From Pontibacillus halophilus JSM 076056 = DSM 19796 (GTDB lineage Bacteria; Bacillota; Bacilli; Bacillales; BH030062), in assembly GCF_000425205.1 (NCBI RefSeq), contig NZ_KE384328.1, positions 157,296 to 189,295 of the forward strand: DNA of 32,000 nucleotides. Reading direction: 5' to 3'. Below, in pieces: positions 15,230-24,553 of the stretch. Position numbers and translations under genes: made by a program. Position 1 is the stretch's first letter, and each line of letters begins with the position of its first letter. Below the pieces are notes generated by a model. The model saw nothing but the letters and a program-made list of their open reading frames with translations. It was not told the origin of the DNA and did no database searches.

Positions 15230-16142
15230 TTGGAAACGAGTACATACACTTTATCTCATCATCATCGTGCTCCTCGGAATTGCGACATTCGTTGTAGGGC
15301 GTTCATTTATCCTTCAACCTATAAAGGATGATATCGAAACTTCAATCGGAACACTCCAGAGCGAAAAGCAGATCTTACGTACAATGGAGGATAAGGTGAA
15401 GGATGATGTCGACATATCGCTTCAGACGTCGAAAGAGCTTCAACGCGTTGTTCCGGTACTTCCAGTTACGGATCAGCTCTTAATTGGTATGGAACGAGCG
15501 GAGAATGTATCTGGAAGTTTTATTCGAACGTATGATCACGCTGGTGATAACGAACTAATGGCTGAAGACTTTGATCTTATTGAAGACCAACAAAATGAGG
15601 AGCAATCGAGTGAAGATGACGTTGACTTAGAAGAGAGTAATAGCAACGCTATAAAGGAACCAAGTGAAGGAGAGCCTGTCTCACGAGGAAGCGTCCTTGA
15701 TGGGGTTCACGAAGCAACATTTACGTTGAAGGTGCTGTCTCCAAGTTTTGTTGAGCTCATGTCATTTCTAGAGGAACTTCAAAGATTACCACGACTTGTT
15801 AGTATTGATGCGATTACATTTGAAGCGCAGGATGTCGTCACGGAGGAGAATCCTCTAGAATACGAGGTTACGTTATCTGCTTTCTATGTACCTAGCTTAG
15901 TAGCTCTACAACCTGAACTTCCACAATATCACTACGCCTCTCCAGCAGGTAAAGAAAATCCGCTTCCGGTTGGGGCAGATGTACCTGTTGGGAACACGTC
16001 AACTGATGATGAAAATGAAGAAGAGGATGAAGATCGTGAGATTGAACGTCCCCCATCTGATAATGAAGACCAATCGAATGATGAAGGGGATTCAGATGGG
16101 AATAGTAATGACTCCGATGAAGATATAGAAGAACTTTCTTAA
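15213..16142 (+). CDS. pilO: PilO-like pilus assembly protein with a long acidic C-terminal tail
   Basis: Bitopic protein: TM LYLIIIVLLGIATFVVG, then a coiled coil and an alpha/beta core. It overlaps pilN by 17 nt. The last ~48 aa are almost entirely D, E, N and S. The start could instead be GTG at 15219. Confidence 0.7.
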   Translation: MKVRIDWKRVHTLYLIIIVLLGIATFVVGRSFILQPIKDDIETSIGTLQSEKQILRTMEDKVKDDVDISLQTSKELQRVVPVLPVTDQLLIGMERAENVSGSFIRTYDHAGDNELMAEDFDLIEDQQNEEQSSEDDVDLEESNSNAIKEPSEGEPVSRGSVLDGVHEATFTLKVLSPSFVELMSFLEELQRLPRLVSIDAITFEAQDVVTEENPLEYEVTLSAFYVPSLVALQPELPQYHYASPAGKENPLPVGADVPVGNTSTDDENEEEDEDREIERPPSDNEDQSNDEGDSDGNSNDSDEDIEELS

Positions 16143-16177
16143 GAAGCTTACACGCTTATGTGTGAGCTTCTTTTTTA
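16143..16177 (+). terminator. Rho-independent terminator ending the pilD-pilO operon
   Basis: gaagcttacac (16143-53) pairs with gtgtgagcttc (16160-70), with one G-U pair, followed by tttttt. Confidence 0.85.
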
Positions 16178-16234
16178 TGAATGAGAACTGGCAACCTTTC
16201 ACATCCTATTCTCAAGTAATGAGGAGGGGTTAGT

Positions 16235-17566
16235 ATGAGGAAATGGGTCTTGATGGCGCTTATATTCGTTCTGCTTCTTGGTGTAGTCCCGTTCCATGTG
16301 GAAGCGGGAATTATTTATGAGACAAGGAAAGGCGATACGTTATATAAGATAGGAGAAGTGTATGGCGCGCGTCCTAATGCTATAGCGGAGTACAATGGCA
16401 TGCCTGAACAACGGAAGCTTGTGGAAGGGCAAGCACTCATTCTCCCTGGTGATGTATACCATGTTCGTCCAGGGGATACTCTTCATCACCTTGCCATGAT
16501 CCACCAAACGACTGTTCAGAAATTGGTGGATGTAAACGGGCTACAGGGAAGGGTGATTAGGCCTGGTCAATCGTTGCAGATTCCACAACCAAAGAAAGAT
16601 GAAGTGTGGACTGGGGCATATTTCTATCCGAAAGACAAAGCGTATAACCAAGAGATGATTCGCTCTCTTGGTAAATACTTGTCCAGTATTTTTACATTTA
16701 GCTATAAGCCTTCTTCTGATGGGAAGCTTACGTATATTGACTTAAATGGAGCGAACAAAGAGGCGTGGAATCAAGGGATCTATCCTTATGCCACCGTAAC
16801 CAATTTATCAGCGGAGGGATTCGACCCAGACTTAGCCCATACGCTCATGTCAGAACCGACTCGTTCCGTGTTTATCGAGAATATTTATCGTATGTTGGAC
16901 GAGCTTGATTATTTCGGCGTGGTTATTGACTTTGAAGGAATTCACCCAGAAGATCGTCAGCTCTACAATACGTTTGTAGAGGAACTATCGGAACGGCTTG
17001 ATGTTGGGAAGATGCGCCTTGCATTAGCTGTACCACCGATGCAAGGGGCGACTGTCCCTTCTTATAATGCAGCTTATGACTACAAGACATTAGGGGAGCA
17101 TGCGGATTATTTGTTCTTGATGACATACGATTGGCATTGGCCGGGTGGTCCGTCTGGTCCCATTGCACCGATTCAAGAGGTGAAGAAGACGCTTGATTTC
17201 GCAACTTCCGTCGTCAATAGACAAAAGTTGATCCTTGGGATCCCGATGTATGCGTATGATTGGGTAGTGTCTGATTCTAATAAAGTAACAGCGAAGGCGT
17301 ACTCCGTTCAGAACGCAATTACTACGTATATCAAGAATGAGAGCACCATTCACTATGATGGAGAAGCCGAAGCACCTTGGTTTCGTTACAAGGATAGCGA
17401 GGGGCGGACGCATGAGGTGTGGTTTGAAGACCCACGTAGTCTCGTTGCGAAGTTTGAATTGGTACGAGATTACGACCTTGGAGGAATGGGAGCTTGGCAA
17501 CTTGATTTCAGTTTGAAGCAGTCTGAATCAATCTTGGAAGAGAGTTTCAACGTGAGAAGAAAATAA
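16235..17566 (+). CDS. Secreted LysM x2 + glycoside hydrolase family 18 protein (YaaH/SleL/YdhD-like spore peptidoglycan hydrolase)
   Basis: Signal peptide MRKWVLMALIFVLLLGVVPFHVEA. Two LysM repeats (YETRKGDTLYKIGEVYG.., YHVRPGDTLHHLAMIH..). GH18 core with GVVIDFEGI (the catalytic D-x-E is retained). Confidence 0.85.
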   Translation: MRKWVLMALIFVLLLGVVPFHVEAGIIYETRKGDTLYKIGEVYGARPNAIAEYNGMPEQRKLVEGQALILPGDVYHVRPGDTLHHLAMIHQTTVQKLVDVNGLQGRVIRPGQSLQIPQPKKDEVWTGAYFYPKDKAYNQEMIRSLGKYLSSIFTFSYKPSSDGKLTYIDLNGANKEAWNQGIYPYATVTNLSAEGFDPDLAHTLMSEPTRSVFIENIYRMLDELDYFGVVIDFEGIHPEDRQLYNTFVEELSERLDVGKMRLALAVPPMQGATVPSYNAAYDYKTLGEHADYLFLMTYDWHWPGGPSGPIAPIQEVKKTLDFATSVVNRQKLILGIPMYAYDWVVSDSNKVTAKAYSVQNAITTYIKNESTIHYDGEAEAPWFRYKDSEGRTHEVWFEDPRSLVAKFELVRDYDLGGMGAWQLDFSLKQSESILEESFNVRRK

Positions 17567-17680
17567 AGTATTGTGGCTGGTTATGACGAAAAGACACGTA
17601 GACCTCCCGACATAAGTCGCCTTCTTTTTTCCATAGAGTGTGATAGCTTATAAGAAACACAGGAGAAAAGAGGGGATTGT

Positions 17681-18634
17681 GTGGACAAGCCCAACCAAAT
17701 CTCGGTACGCATTAATGGGGAAGACTCGTATCTAGAACGGTCGGATGACCCAAAGGAACAAGAATCGAACCGGAAATTGTTTGAGAAAGCTCAAGCCGAG
17801 CAAGCTTCTGCTGTTGAAGAAGAACAGGAGGATTCTGACGAGTCCGCACCAACCATTTCAGTCATTGAGCGACCTTCAAAGAAAAAGAAGCGAAGCATTG
17901 CTATACCACTCTATGTGAAACAGTTAGCCGTTGCAGGTATTTCCGCCCTCGCAATAGGACTTGTGCTCGGAGTCGTGATGTTACGTTTAATGAGTGCAGC
18001 AGGAGGGAATGTCACTGAGGGGGTTCGGAGCGAGGCTGCTGTTCCCGCCTCTCAATATGCAACAACGTCGAACAATCAACCTTTCACCTTTTCAGCTGTA
18101 GATGGATACATCGTCCAAGTCGGTGTGTATTCGACTGTCGAAAAGGCTGAAGAATGGCAGCAAGTACTTGTCTCGAAAGGTGTAGAGACTCTTACATGGC
18201 AGCAAGATGGACAAGTTACGCTTGTGGCAGGTGTGGCTCCCTCTTTAGACCAGGCACAGAAAATAGGGGACGCACTCAAGACGAAAGGCGTAGAGACGTA
18301 TTCAAAATCATGGTCCGTCCCATCGGTAGATGCATCTGTTTCTCAAGCAGAAGGTAGCTGGGTGCAGGAAGGAATGAACGTGTGGGCAAACCTTGTAACA
18401 GAAGCAACTACGGGGAGTGAACAGCTCGGTGTGAATCCTTCTATTGAGAAGTGGCTCCAAGGTATGCCTGATGAAACGAGGGAAGCTGCATTGCCGTTAC
18501 GTGATGAATTTAAAGAACTCGCGACTCTTTCACAGAGTTATGATGGAAATCCGACAGAAGCAGGATTAATGGATATACAGATGAAGTTAGTAGGCATTTG
18601 GAAGAGCTATGAAACCTATCTTCAAAAGAGCTAA
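17681..18634 (+). CDS. SPOR domain-containing bitopic membrane protein (possible SpoIIB counterpart by position)
   Basis: GTG start with RBS AAGAGGGGA. Acidic and basic cytoplasmic N-terminus, TM LAVAGISALAIGLVLGVVML, and a SPOR-like segment YIVQVGVYSTVEKAEEWQQVLVSKGVETLTWQQDGQVTLVAGV. It lies immediately upstream of maf, as spoIIB does in B. subtilis. Confidence 0.7.
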   Translation: MDKPNQISVRINGEDSYLERSDDPKEQESNRKLFEKAQAEQASAVEEEQEDSDESAPTISVIERPSKKKKRSIAIPLYVKQLAVAGISALAIGLVLGVVMLRLMSAAGGNVTEGVRSEAAVPASQYATTSNNQPFTFSAVDGYIVQVGVYSTVEKAEEWQQVLVSKGVETLTWQQDGQVTLVAGVAPSLDQAQKIGDALKTKGVETYSKSWSVPSVDASVSQAEGSWVQEGMNVWANLVTEATTGSEQLGVNPSIEKWLQGMPDETREAALPLRDEFKELATLSQSYDGNPTEAGLMDIQMKLVGIWKSYETYLQKS

Positions 18635-18666
18635 TCTGGATCCATATGCAGATTAGCTCTTCTTCT
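18626..18666 (+). terminator. Rho-independent terminator (the stop codon lies inside the stem)
   Basis: aagagctaatctg (18626-38) pairs with cagattagctctt (18649-61), a 13-bp perfect stem, followed by cttct. Confidence 0.7.
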
Positions 18667-18852
18667 ACTATAAGATTTCAACGTTCCGAGGTTGATGAAC
18701 CCCTATCCTTTAAACTAGCGAAATGAAAAGTGTGGATTAAGATTGTGTAAAGTTGTTAAAAACTTACTTTTCACACGTTGGGTTCTTGCTCCAAAACAGG
18801 TATGATGTACATACCCTATTACACGAACAAAACTGATTAAAAGGATGATTAC

Positions 18853-19440
18853 ATGAAACAATTGATTTTAGCATCTTCTTCTATTCGTAGAAAAGAACTG
18901 CTACAACAAGCTCAGCTCTCATTTGACGTACAACCGCATCCGGTTGACGAAGCGAAAGTTCGCGCAAAGAATCCTCACGACCTCGTGCATCAGCTCGCGG
19001 AATTAAAGGGGCGTGCGCTTCATTTAGAGAATGATGACCAAGTTGTCATTAGTGCAGATACCGTCGTCTATGCTGACGGTGAGGTACTTGGAAAGCCATC
19101 AACGAAGCGTGAAGCATATGATATGCTCCTTAAACTGAGTGGAGGAACGCATGAGGTTTACACAGGAGTTATGCTTCGTTCCACTGAGCAAGAGCAATTC
19201 ATCGTAGAGAAAACAACGGTTGAGTTCTGGCCTCTAACGAAAGAAGATATTGAATTCTACATCGAAACTGGAGATCCTTTTGATAAGGCGGGCGGCTATG
19301 GGATTCAAACGGCTGGCGCTGTACTTGTTAAAGGAATTAAAGGAGATTATAACAACGTGGTTGGGCTTCCGTTAGCACGCGTCGTACGCGCCCTTCGTTC
19401 ATTTGATATTTATCCAAGCTTGCCGCTTGCCTCCGTTTAA
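18853..19440 (+). CDS. maf: Maf-like nucleoside triphosphate pyrophosphatase (septum formation protein Maf)
   Basis: LILASSSIRRKELL N-terminus and a GAYGIQ-like GGYGIQ motif. Synteny with radC and mreB. Confidence 0.93.
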   Translation: MKQLILASSSIRRKELLQQAQLSFDVQPHPVDEAKVRAKNPHDLVHQLAELKGRALHLENDDQVVISADTVVYADGEVLGKPSTKREAYDMLLKLSGGTHEVYTGVMLRSTEQEQFIVEKTTVEFWPLTKEDIEFYIETGDPFDKAGGYGIQTAGAVLVKGIKGDYNNVVGLPLARVVRALRSFDIYPSLPLASV

Positions 19441-19468
19441 TAGGGAACGTATTGGAGGAGGTTACATT

Positions 19469-20161
19469 GTGTCAACTGAACAACCGTTGTTGTTAAAGCA
19501 TGTCCCCCAAGAAGATCGTCCTAGAGAACGGATGGTTCGCTTGGGGGCAAGTCATTTATCGAACCAAGAGCTACTTGCCATTCTGCTCGGAAGCGGCACA
19601 CGCCATGAGTCCGTGATGGCGTTATCAAGCCGGGTATGGGCGCATTTCGAAGGGATTGCCCTTTTGAAAGATGCGACCATTGAAGAATTGACGGCCATTA
19701 AAGGAATTGGTCATGCGAAAGCCATCATGGTAAAGGCAGCCCTTGAGCTCGGTAAAAGGATCCACTCTCATAAAGTCCTCGACCGCTACATCATTAAGAG
19801 TCCTGAAGATGGTGCTGATTATGTTATGGAAGAGATGCGTCACCTTCATCAGGAACACTTCGTCTGTTTATTCCTCAATACAAAGAATCAGGTTCTTCAT
19901 AGACAAACCGTCTTTATTGGAAGCTTAAATGCGTCCATTGTACACCCGCGAGAAATCTTCAAAGAAGCTGTTAAACGGTCAACTGCGTCCATCATCGTGG
20001 CGCATAACCATCCGAGCGGAGATCCAACGCCCTCCCAAGAAGATATTCTTGTGACAAAGCGCCTCATGGAATGTGGGAAAATGCTTGGAATTGAAGTGTT
20101 GGACCATCTTGTAATTGGAGATCGAAAGTTTGTATCCCTAAAGGAAAAGGGGTATCTTTAG
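19469..20161 (+). CDS. radC: RadC-family JAB/MPN domain protein
   Basis: GTG at 19469 sits 7 nt after GGAGGAGG. RPRERM..G...LSNQELLAILLGSG N-terminus, an HhH segment, and the JAB motif HNHPSGDPTPSQED. Confidence 0.92.
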   Translation: MSTEQPLLLKHVPQEDRPRERMVRLGASHLSNQELLAILLGSGTRHESVMALSSRVWAHFEGIALLKDATIEELTAIKGIGHAKAIMVKAALELGKRIHSHKVLDRYIIKSPEDGADYVMEEMRHLHQEHFVCLFLNTKNQVLHRQTVFIGSLNASIVHPREIFKEAVKRSTASIIVAHNHPSGDPTPSQEDILVTKRLMECGKMLGIEVLDHLVIGDRKFVSLKEKGYL

Positions 20162-20412
20162 TAGCTAAATCTCCCTCGTTGTAGGTGCGTGCGAAGGGAT
20201 TAGGAAATTTATCCTCTCCTAATAAAAAGCCTTCTCGTACCACTATCTATTTTCTAGCATTTTTCGTATAATAAAATAGGACGAATTATATTAACAGCGC
20301 CAAGCAAGAGTTTCTTTCTTGTATTGGCGCTTCTTAACGTTCGTTTTTCACTTCACAATGAACATAATAACAAAGTATACATCTTGCGTTGATAAAAGAA
20401 AGGGAGATTGAA

Positions 20413-21453
20413 GTGGCTCGATTAGGATTCTCACAAGACTTAGGGATTGATTTAGGAACAGCGAACACGCTCGTATTTTTAAAGGATAAAGGGGTCGTTG
20501 TGCGCGAGCCAACGGTAGTAGCCCGTAATAATGAATCTGGGGATATTGAAGCCGTTGGTAGTTCGGCAAAGAATATGATTGGACGTACGCCTTCGAACAT
20601 TTCGGTCATTCGCCCAATGAAAGATGGCGTAATTGCTGACTATGATACGACTGCATCAATGATGAAGTATTACATTAAACAAGCACAGAAGAATCGTTCT
20701 GCATTTGCTCGTAAACCGAACGTGATGGTATGTGTTCCTTCTGGAATTACAATGGTTGAAGAACGTGCTGTCATTGATGCTACGAAGCAAGCCGGAGCGA
20801 AAGAAGCCTATCCGATTGCAGAACCATTTGCTGCCGCTATTGGAGCAGGATTGCCTGTATGGGAACCGACTGGTAGTATGGTGGTAGACATCGGTGGAGG
20901 TACAACAGAAGTAGCGGTTATTTCACTAGGTGGAATTGTCACTAGTCAATCCATTCGTGTAGCAGGAGATGAAATGGATGATTCTTTAATCCAATACATC
21001 CGAAAGCAGTACAATATGATGATTGGGGAACGTACGGCTGAGAGCATTAAGCTTGAGATTGGTACAGCTGGTAAACCAGAAGAAAATCTTGAAATTGATA
21101 TCCGTGGTCGTGATTTGTTGACTGGACTTCCGAAAACGATTCAAATTACATCTGAAGAAGTTTCAGCTTCCTTTAAGGATACAGTCGACCAAATCGTAGA
21201 AGCTGTGAAGATTACGCTTGAGAAGACACCACCTGAACTTGCAGCGGACATTATGGATCGTGGCATTGTGTTGACAGGCGGTGGCGCACTTCTTCATAAC
21301 TTAGATACGGTAATCAGTGAAGAAACTCAAATGCCTGTGTTCGTTGCAGAAGACCCACTTGATTGTGTTGCAATTGGTACTGGTAAGTCACTAGAGTACA
21401 TTCATCATTTCCGCTCGCAGCCAAATGTAGCTTCCCGAACTAGCAAGGATTAA
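20413..21453 (+). CDS. mreB: Rod-shape determining actin homologue MreB
   Basis: [34 protein letters not shown] at 20413 sits 6 nt after AAGGGAG. The 20389 start in the ORF track adds residues not seen in MreB. Confidence 0.95.
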   Translation: MARLGFSQDLGIDLGTANTLVFLKDKGVVVREPTVVARNNESGDIEAVGSSAKNMIGRTPSNISVIRPMKDGVIADYDTTASMMKYYIKQAQKNRSAFARKPNVMVCVPSGITMVEERAVIDATKQAGAKEAYPIAEPFAAAIGAGLPVWEPTGSMVVDIGGGTTEVAVISLGGIVTSQSIRVAGDEMDDSLIQYIRKQYNMMIGERTAESIKLEIGTAGKPEENLEIDIRGRDLLTGLPKTIQITSEEVSASFKDTVDQIVEAVKITLEKTPPELAADIMDRGIVLTGGGALLHNLDTVISEETQMPVFVAEDPLDCVAIGTGKSLEYIHHFRSQPNVASRTSKD

Positions 21454-21466
21454 GTAGGTGTAATAC

Positions 21467-22357
21467 ATGCCATCGTTTTTCCGGAACAAGCGTCTCGTAT
21501 TGCTCTTGTTAAGCTTTATGGTCTTAGTGATTCTCATTGGTTTCACGATGCGTGACCGTGATGAGGTAACAAAGCCTGAAGAACTGACCCGTGATGCCAT
21601 CGGTTGGGTGCAAGGCGTCTTCAATACGCCTGTCCAATGGGTGAGTGGCATCGTGACAAATGTGCAAGATATTCGGGACGTTTATGAAGAAAACAAAATC
21701 TTAAAGGCACGACTCGCAGAAAATAAAGCACTCATTGCAGAGAATCAGGAACTGCAGAACGACTTAGATGAACTTCGTAGTTTGTTAGATTATCAAGAAT
21801 CATTACGAGACTATGAACCAACAAAGGCAACGGTTGTTTCTCGTAGTCCTGAGAATCGATACCAGCAAATCACCATCAACAAAGGTACCCGAGATGGTGT
21901 TCAGTCCAATATGGCCGTGATTACAGGAGATGGATTGGTTGGAAAGGTGCAAGCGGCTTCATCCTTCACCTCAACAGTCCAGCTTGTAAGTGGCTTTGAT
22001 ATGACCAGTCTGATTCATGCAGCCATCGCGTCAGAGGAGAAGCAGTATGGTCTTGTTAAAGGCTATGATGAACAGACGGAAACCTTGTTATTGAAAGACA
22101 TTCCTGACGATGCTGAAGTGAAGAAAGGCGAAGAGGTTACAAGCTCTGGGCTTGGTGGCGTGTTCCCTGAAGGTCTTCCGATTGGAACAATCGAGAAGGT
22201 AGAGATGGATGACGATGGGTTAACTCAAACTGCCTACGTGAAACCATTCGCGAACCTTTACGATTTTAGCACTGTGTTTGTCATCGATCGTGAATTGTTT
22301 TCACCTCAGCTTGACGGTACAGAAAGAGAACAGCAAGAAGGAGAGGATGAACAATGA
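21467..22357 (+). CDS. mreC: Rod-shape determining protein MreC
   Basis: N-terminal TM, coiled coil (ENKILKARLAENKALIAENQELQNDLDELR), and beta-barrel motifs ITINKGTRDGV and GLVGKV. Conserved position. Confidence 0.93.
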   Translation: MPSFFRNKRLVLLLLSFMVLVILIGFTMRDRDEVTKPEELTRDAIGWVQGVFNTPVQWVSGIVTNVQDIRDVYEENKILKARLAENKALIAENQELQNDLDELRSLLDYQESLRDYEPTKATVVSRSPENRYQQITINKGTRDGVQSNMAVITGDGLVGKVQAASSFTSTVQLVSGFDMTSLIHAAIASEEKQYGLVKGYDEQTETLLLKDIPDDAEVKKGEEVTSSGLGGVFPEGLPIGTIEKVEMDDDGLTQTAYVKPFANLYDFSTVFVIDRELFSPQLDGTEREQQEGEDEQ

Positions 22358-22893
22358 AGCGATACTACGCTCCGCTAATCTTGTTCATCTTGCTCATCTT
22401 AGAAGGGACAGCAGTAAATTTCCTGCCTTCGTTATGGGCGGATTCTGGAACGATTATTACCCCGCATTGGCTTTTAATCGTTCTAGTCTTTATGGCCATG
22501 TTTTATGATTTTGATTACACATACTTTTGTGTGATTTACGCTGCAATCTTTGGTTTTCTATTCGATTTGGTTTATACAGACGTACTGGGCGTTTATATGT
22601 TCATGTATGGAATTGTGATTTATATCATACACGGCATAAAACGCATGCTTCATACGAACATCTTTGTGGCGTTGCTGCATGTGACGATAGCAGTCACATT
22701 AGCAGACGCAGGCGTGTATCTCCTCTATTCCTTTATAGGAGAAGCAGAGATGGTATGGCAAAACTATTTACTCGTACGTTTAGTCCCTACGTTGCTTGCT
22801 AATCTAGTATTTGCACTGATTGCGTATCCGTTTCTTTATGAACGATTAGATGAGTGGGGCGAAGAACATTTATCAACGAAAAAAACGGTGTAA
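22354..22893 (+). CDS. mreD: Rod-shape determining protein MreD
   Basis: Polytopic ~179-aa hydrophobic protein. ATGA overlap with mreC. Conserved position. Confidence 0.88.
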   Translation: MKRYYAPLILFILLILEGTAVNFLPSLWADSGTIITPHWLLIVLVFMAMFYDFDYTYFCVIYAAIFGFLFDLVYTDVLGVYMFMYGIVIYIIHGIKRMLHTNIFVALLHVTIAVTLADAGVYLLYSFIGEAEMVWQNYLLVRLVPTLLANLVFALIAYPFLYERLDEWGEEHLSTKKTV

Positions 22894-22938
22894 AAACGAT
22901 TCATCGTTTGAAAATAGAGTAGTTTGAGGTGAACTTCC

Positions 22939-23631
22939 GTGAGTGACAAAAAACCAATTGTTACGATAAAAGGGACAAAAGATGGTTTAAGTTTACATAT
23001 CGATGATCATTGCTCTTTTGAAGAAGCGATGAAAGAGTTGGACCGTAAACTATCCAGTAATTACATCGAAGAAGACCAACCTTTAATATCGGTGAATATA
23101 CACGTTGGCAATCGTTACGTAACAGATGAGCAGGCCGATCGCCTAAGAGATTTAGTTCGCGGTCACCACAAGCTTGTCATTCATTCGATTGAATCCAATG
23201 TGATTACGAAAGATGAGGCGCATGAATGGCATAAAGACCGAGAAGTCACTCCGGTCATTAAAGTCGTTCGAAGCGGTCAGGTTATGGAGGTTGAGGGCGA
23301 CCTTCTCCTTGTCGGTGATGTCAATCGCGGGGGACGAGTCGTAGCAACTGGGAACATTTATGTAATGGGGAATTTGCGTGGAATTGCGCATGCAGGGGTG
23401 AACGGCAATCGTTCAGCCATCATTGCAGCATCTTATATGAAACCTAGCCAGCTTAGGATTGCAGATTACATTAGTAGAGCTCCCGACTATGATGAAGAAC
23501 CTGAAGGGGATTACATGGAATGTGGATATGTTGACCTTCATCAAGAGAAGATTCTCATCGATCGTCTGCAACTTCTCTCGCAAAAGCGCCCTGACTTGAA
23601 GGGGTTAGAAAGGAGAATTCTAAATGGGTGA
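22939..23631 (+). CDS. minC: Septum site-determining protein MinC
   Basis: GTG start 7 nt after GAGGTGA. C-terminal beta-helix motif GDVNRGGRVVATGNIYVMGNLRGIAHAG. Confidence 0.92.
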   Translation: MSDKKPIVTIKGTKDGLSLHIDDHCSFEEAMKELDRKLSSNYIEEDQPLISVNIHVGNRYVTDEQADRLRDLVRGHHKLVIHSIESNVITKDEAHEWHKDREVTPVIKVVRSGQVMEVEGDLLLVGDVNRGGRVVATGNIYVMGNLRGIAHAGVNGNRSAIIAASYMKPSQLRIADYISRAPDYDEEPEGDYMECGYVDLHQEKILIDRLQLLSQKRPDLKGLERRILNG

Positions 23632-24427
23632 GTCTATTGTAATCACATCAGGTAAAGGTGGCGTTGGAAAGACAACGACAACGGCCAATTTAGGTACTGC
23701 CTTAGCCTTAATGGGGAAAAAAGTGTGTCTGGTTGATACAGATATCGGCCTCAGAAATTTAGACGTTGTGATGGGCCTTGAAAATCGGATTATTTATGAC
23801 ATTGTTGATGTCATCCAAGAGCGATGCAAATTGAAGCAGGCGCTCATTAAAGATAAACGTTTTGAAGAGTTGACTTTGTTACCGGCAGCCCAAACAAGTG
23901 ATAAAACAGACCTTACTCCAGAAGGAATGTTAGCGATTGTTCAAGAACTGAAGCAGGACTATGATTACATATTAATAGATTGTCCGGCGGGAATTGAGCA
24001 AGGGTATAAAAACGCAGTAGCAGGAGCGGACAAGGCGGTTGTCGTGACCACTCCTGAGAAATCATCTGTCCGTGATGCGGACCGAATTATCGGCCTTCTC
24101 GAGCAGGAGGAGCATATTGAACCTCCTCGCTTAATTGTAAACCGAATTCGCAACCACATGGTTCAGAATGGTGACATGCTTGATGTGGATGAGATTGTAA
24201 ATGTCTTATCTATTGAATTATTAGGAATTGTAGCGGATGACGACCACGTGATTAGTGCTTCAAATAGCGGTGAGCCTGTGGCGTTTCAACCCAACACAAA
24301 GGCTTCAGTAGCTTACCGGAACATTGCTCGCCGAATCCTTGGAGAATCGGTGCCGCTTCAATCCTTAGATGAGGACAAAGGTGTGTTGGCTAAAGTGAAA
24401 CGTTTCTTTGGTCTTCGCGCGAAATAG
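23624..24427 (+). CDS. minD: Septum site-determining ATPase MinD
   Basis: Deviant Walker A GKGGVGKTT and a C-terminal amphipathic helix KVKRFFGL. Overlaps minC by 8 nt. Confidence 0.96.
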   Translation: MGESIVITSGKGGVGKTTTTANLGTALALMGKKVCLVDTDIGLRNLDVVMGLENRIIYDIVDVIQERCKLKQALIKDKRFEELTLLPAAQTSDKTDLTPEGMLAIVQELKQDYDYILIDCPAGIEQGYKNAVAGADKAVVVTTPEKSSVRDADRIIGLLEQEEHIEPPRLIVNRIRNHMVQNGDMLDVDEIVNVLSIELLGIVADDDHVISASNSGEPVAFQPNTKASVAYRNIARRILGESVPLQSLDEDKGVLAKVKRFFGLRAK

Positions 24428-24433
24428 TAAAAC

Positions 24434-24476
24434 ATAAGCTCTTGTTCGGTGTATGCCGAATAAGAGCTTATTTTGT
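24434..24476 (+). terminator. Rho-independent terminator after minD
   Basis: ataagctcttgttcgg (24434-49) pairs with ccgaataagagcttat (24456-71), a 16-bp stem with one G-U pair, followed by tttt. Confidence 0.88.
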
Positions 24477-24553
24477 ATGGAATGGTAGCGCATATCTACT
24501 TGAGTTCCTTCATAGACTTGTACAAAGCATAGGACAAGGGATGAGGGGAAGCT

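Noticed and set aside
20169-20200. An imperfect hairpin after radC (atctccctcg / cgaagggat), considered as a terminator.
   Set aside because: The stem has a bulge and is not followed by a U-tract. maf-radC-mreBCD-minCD is normally co-transcribed, so the signal is too weak to call.
24505-24536. A possible sigma-E-type promoter upstream of spoIVFA (tTCATAg ... CATAggAc).
   Set aside because: The resemblance to the sigma-E consensus (ATA-type -35, CATACA-T -10) is partial. The implied leader would be only about 10 nt. It cannot be supported without transcription start mapping.
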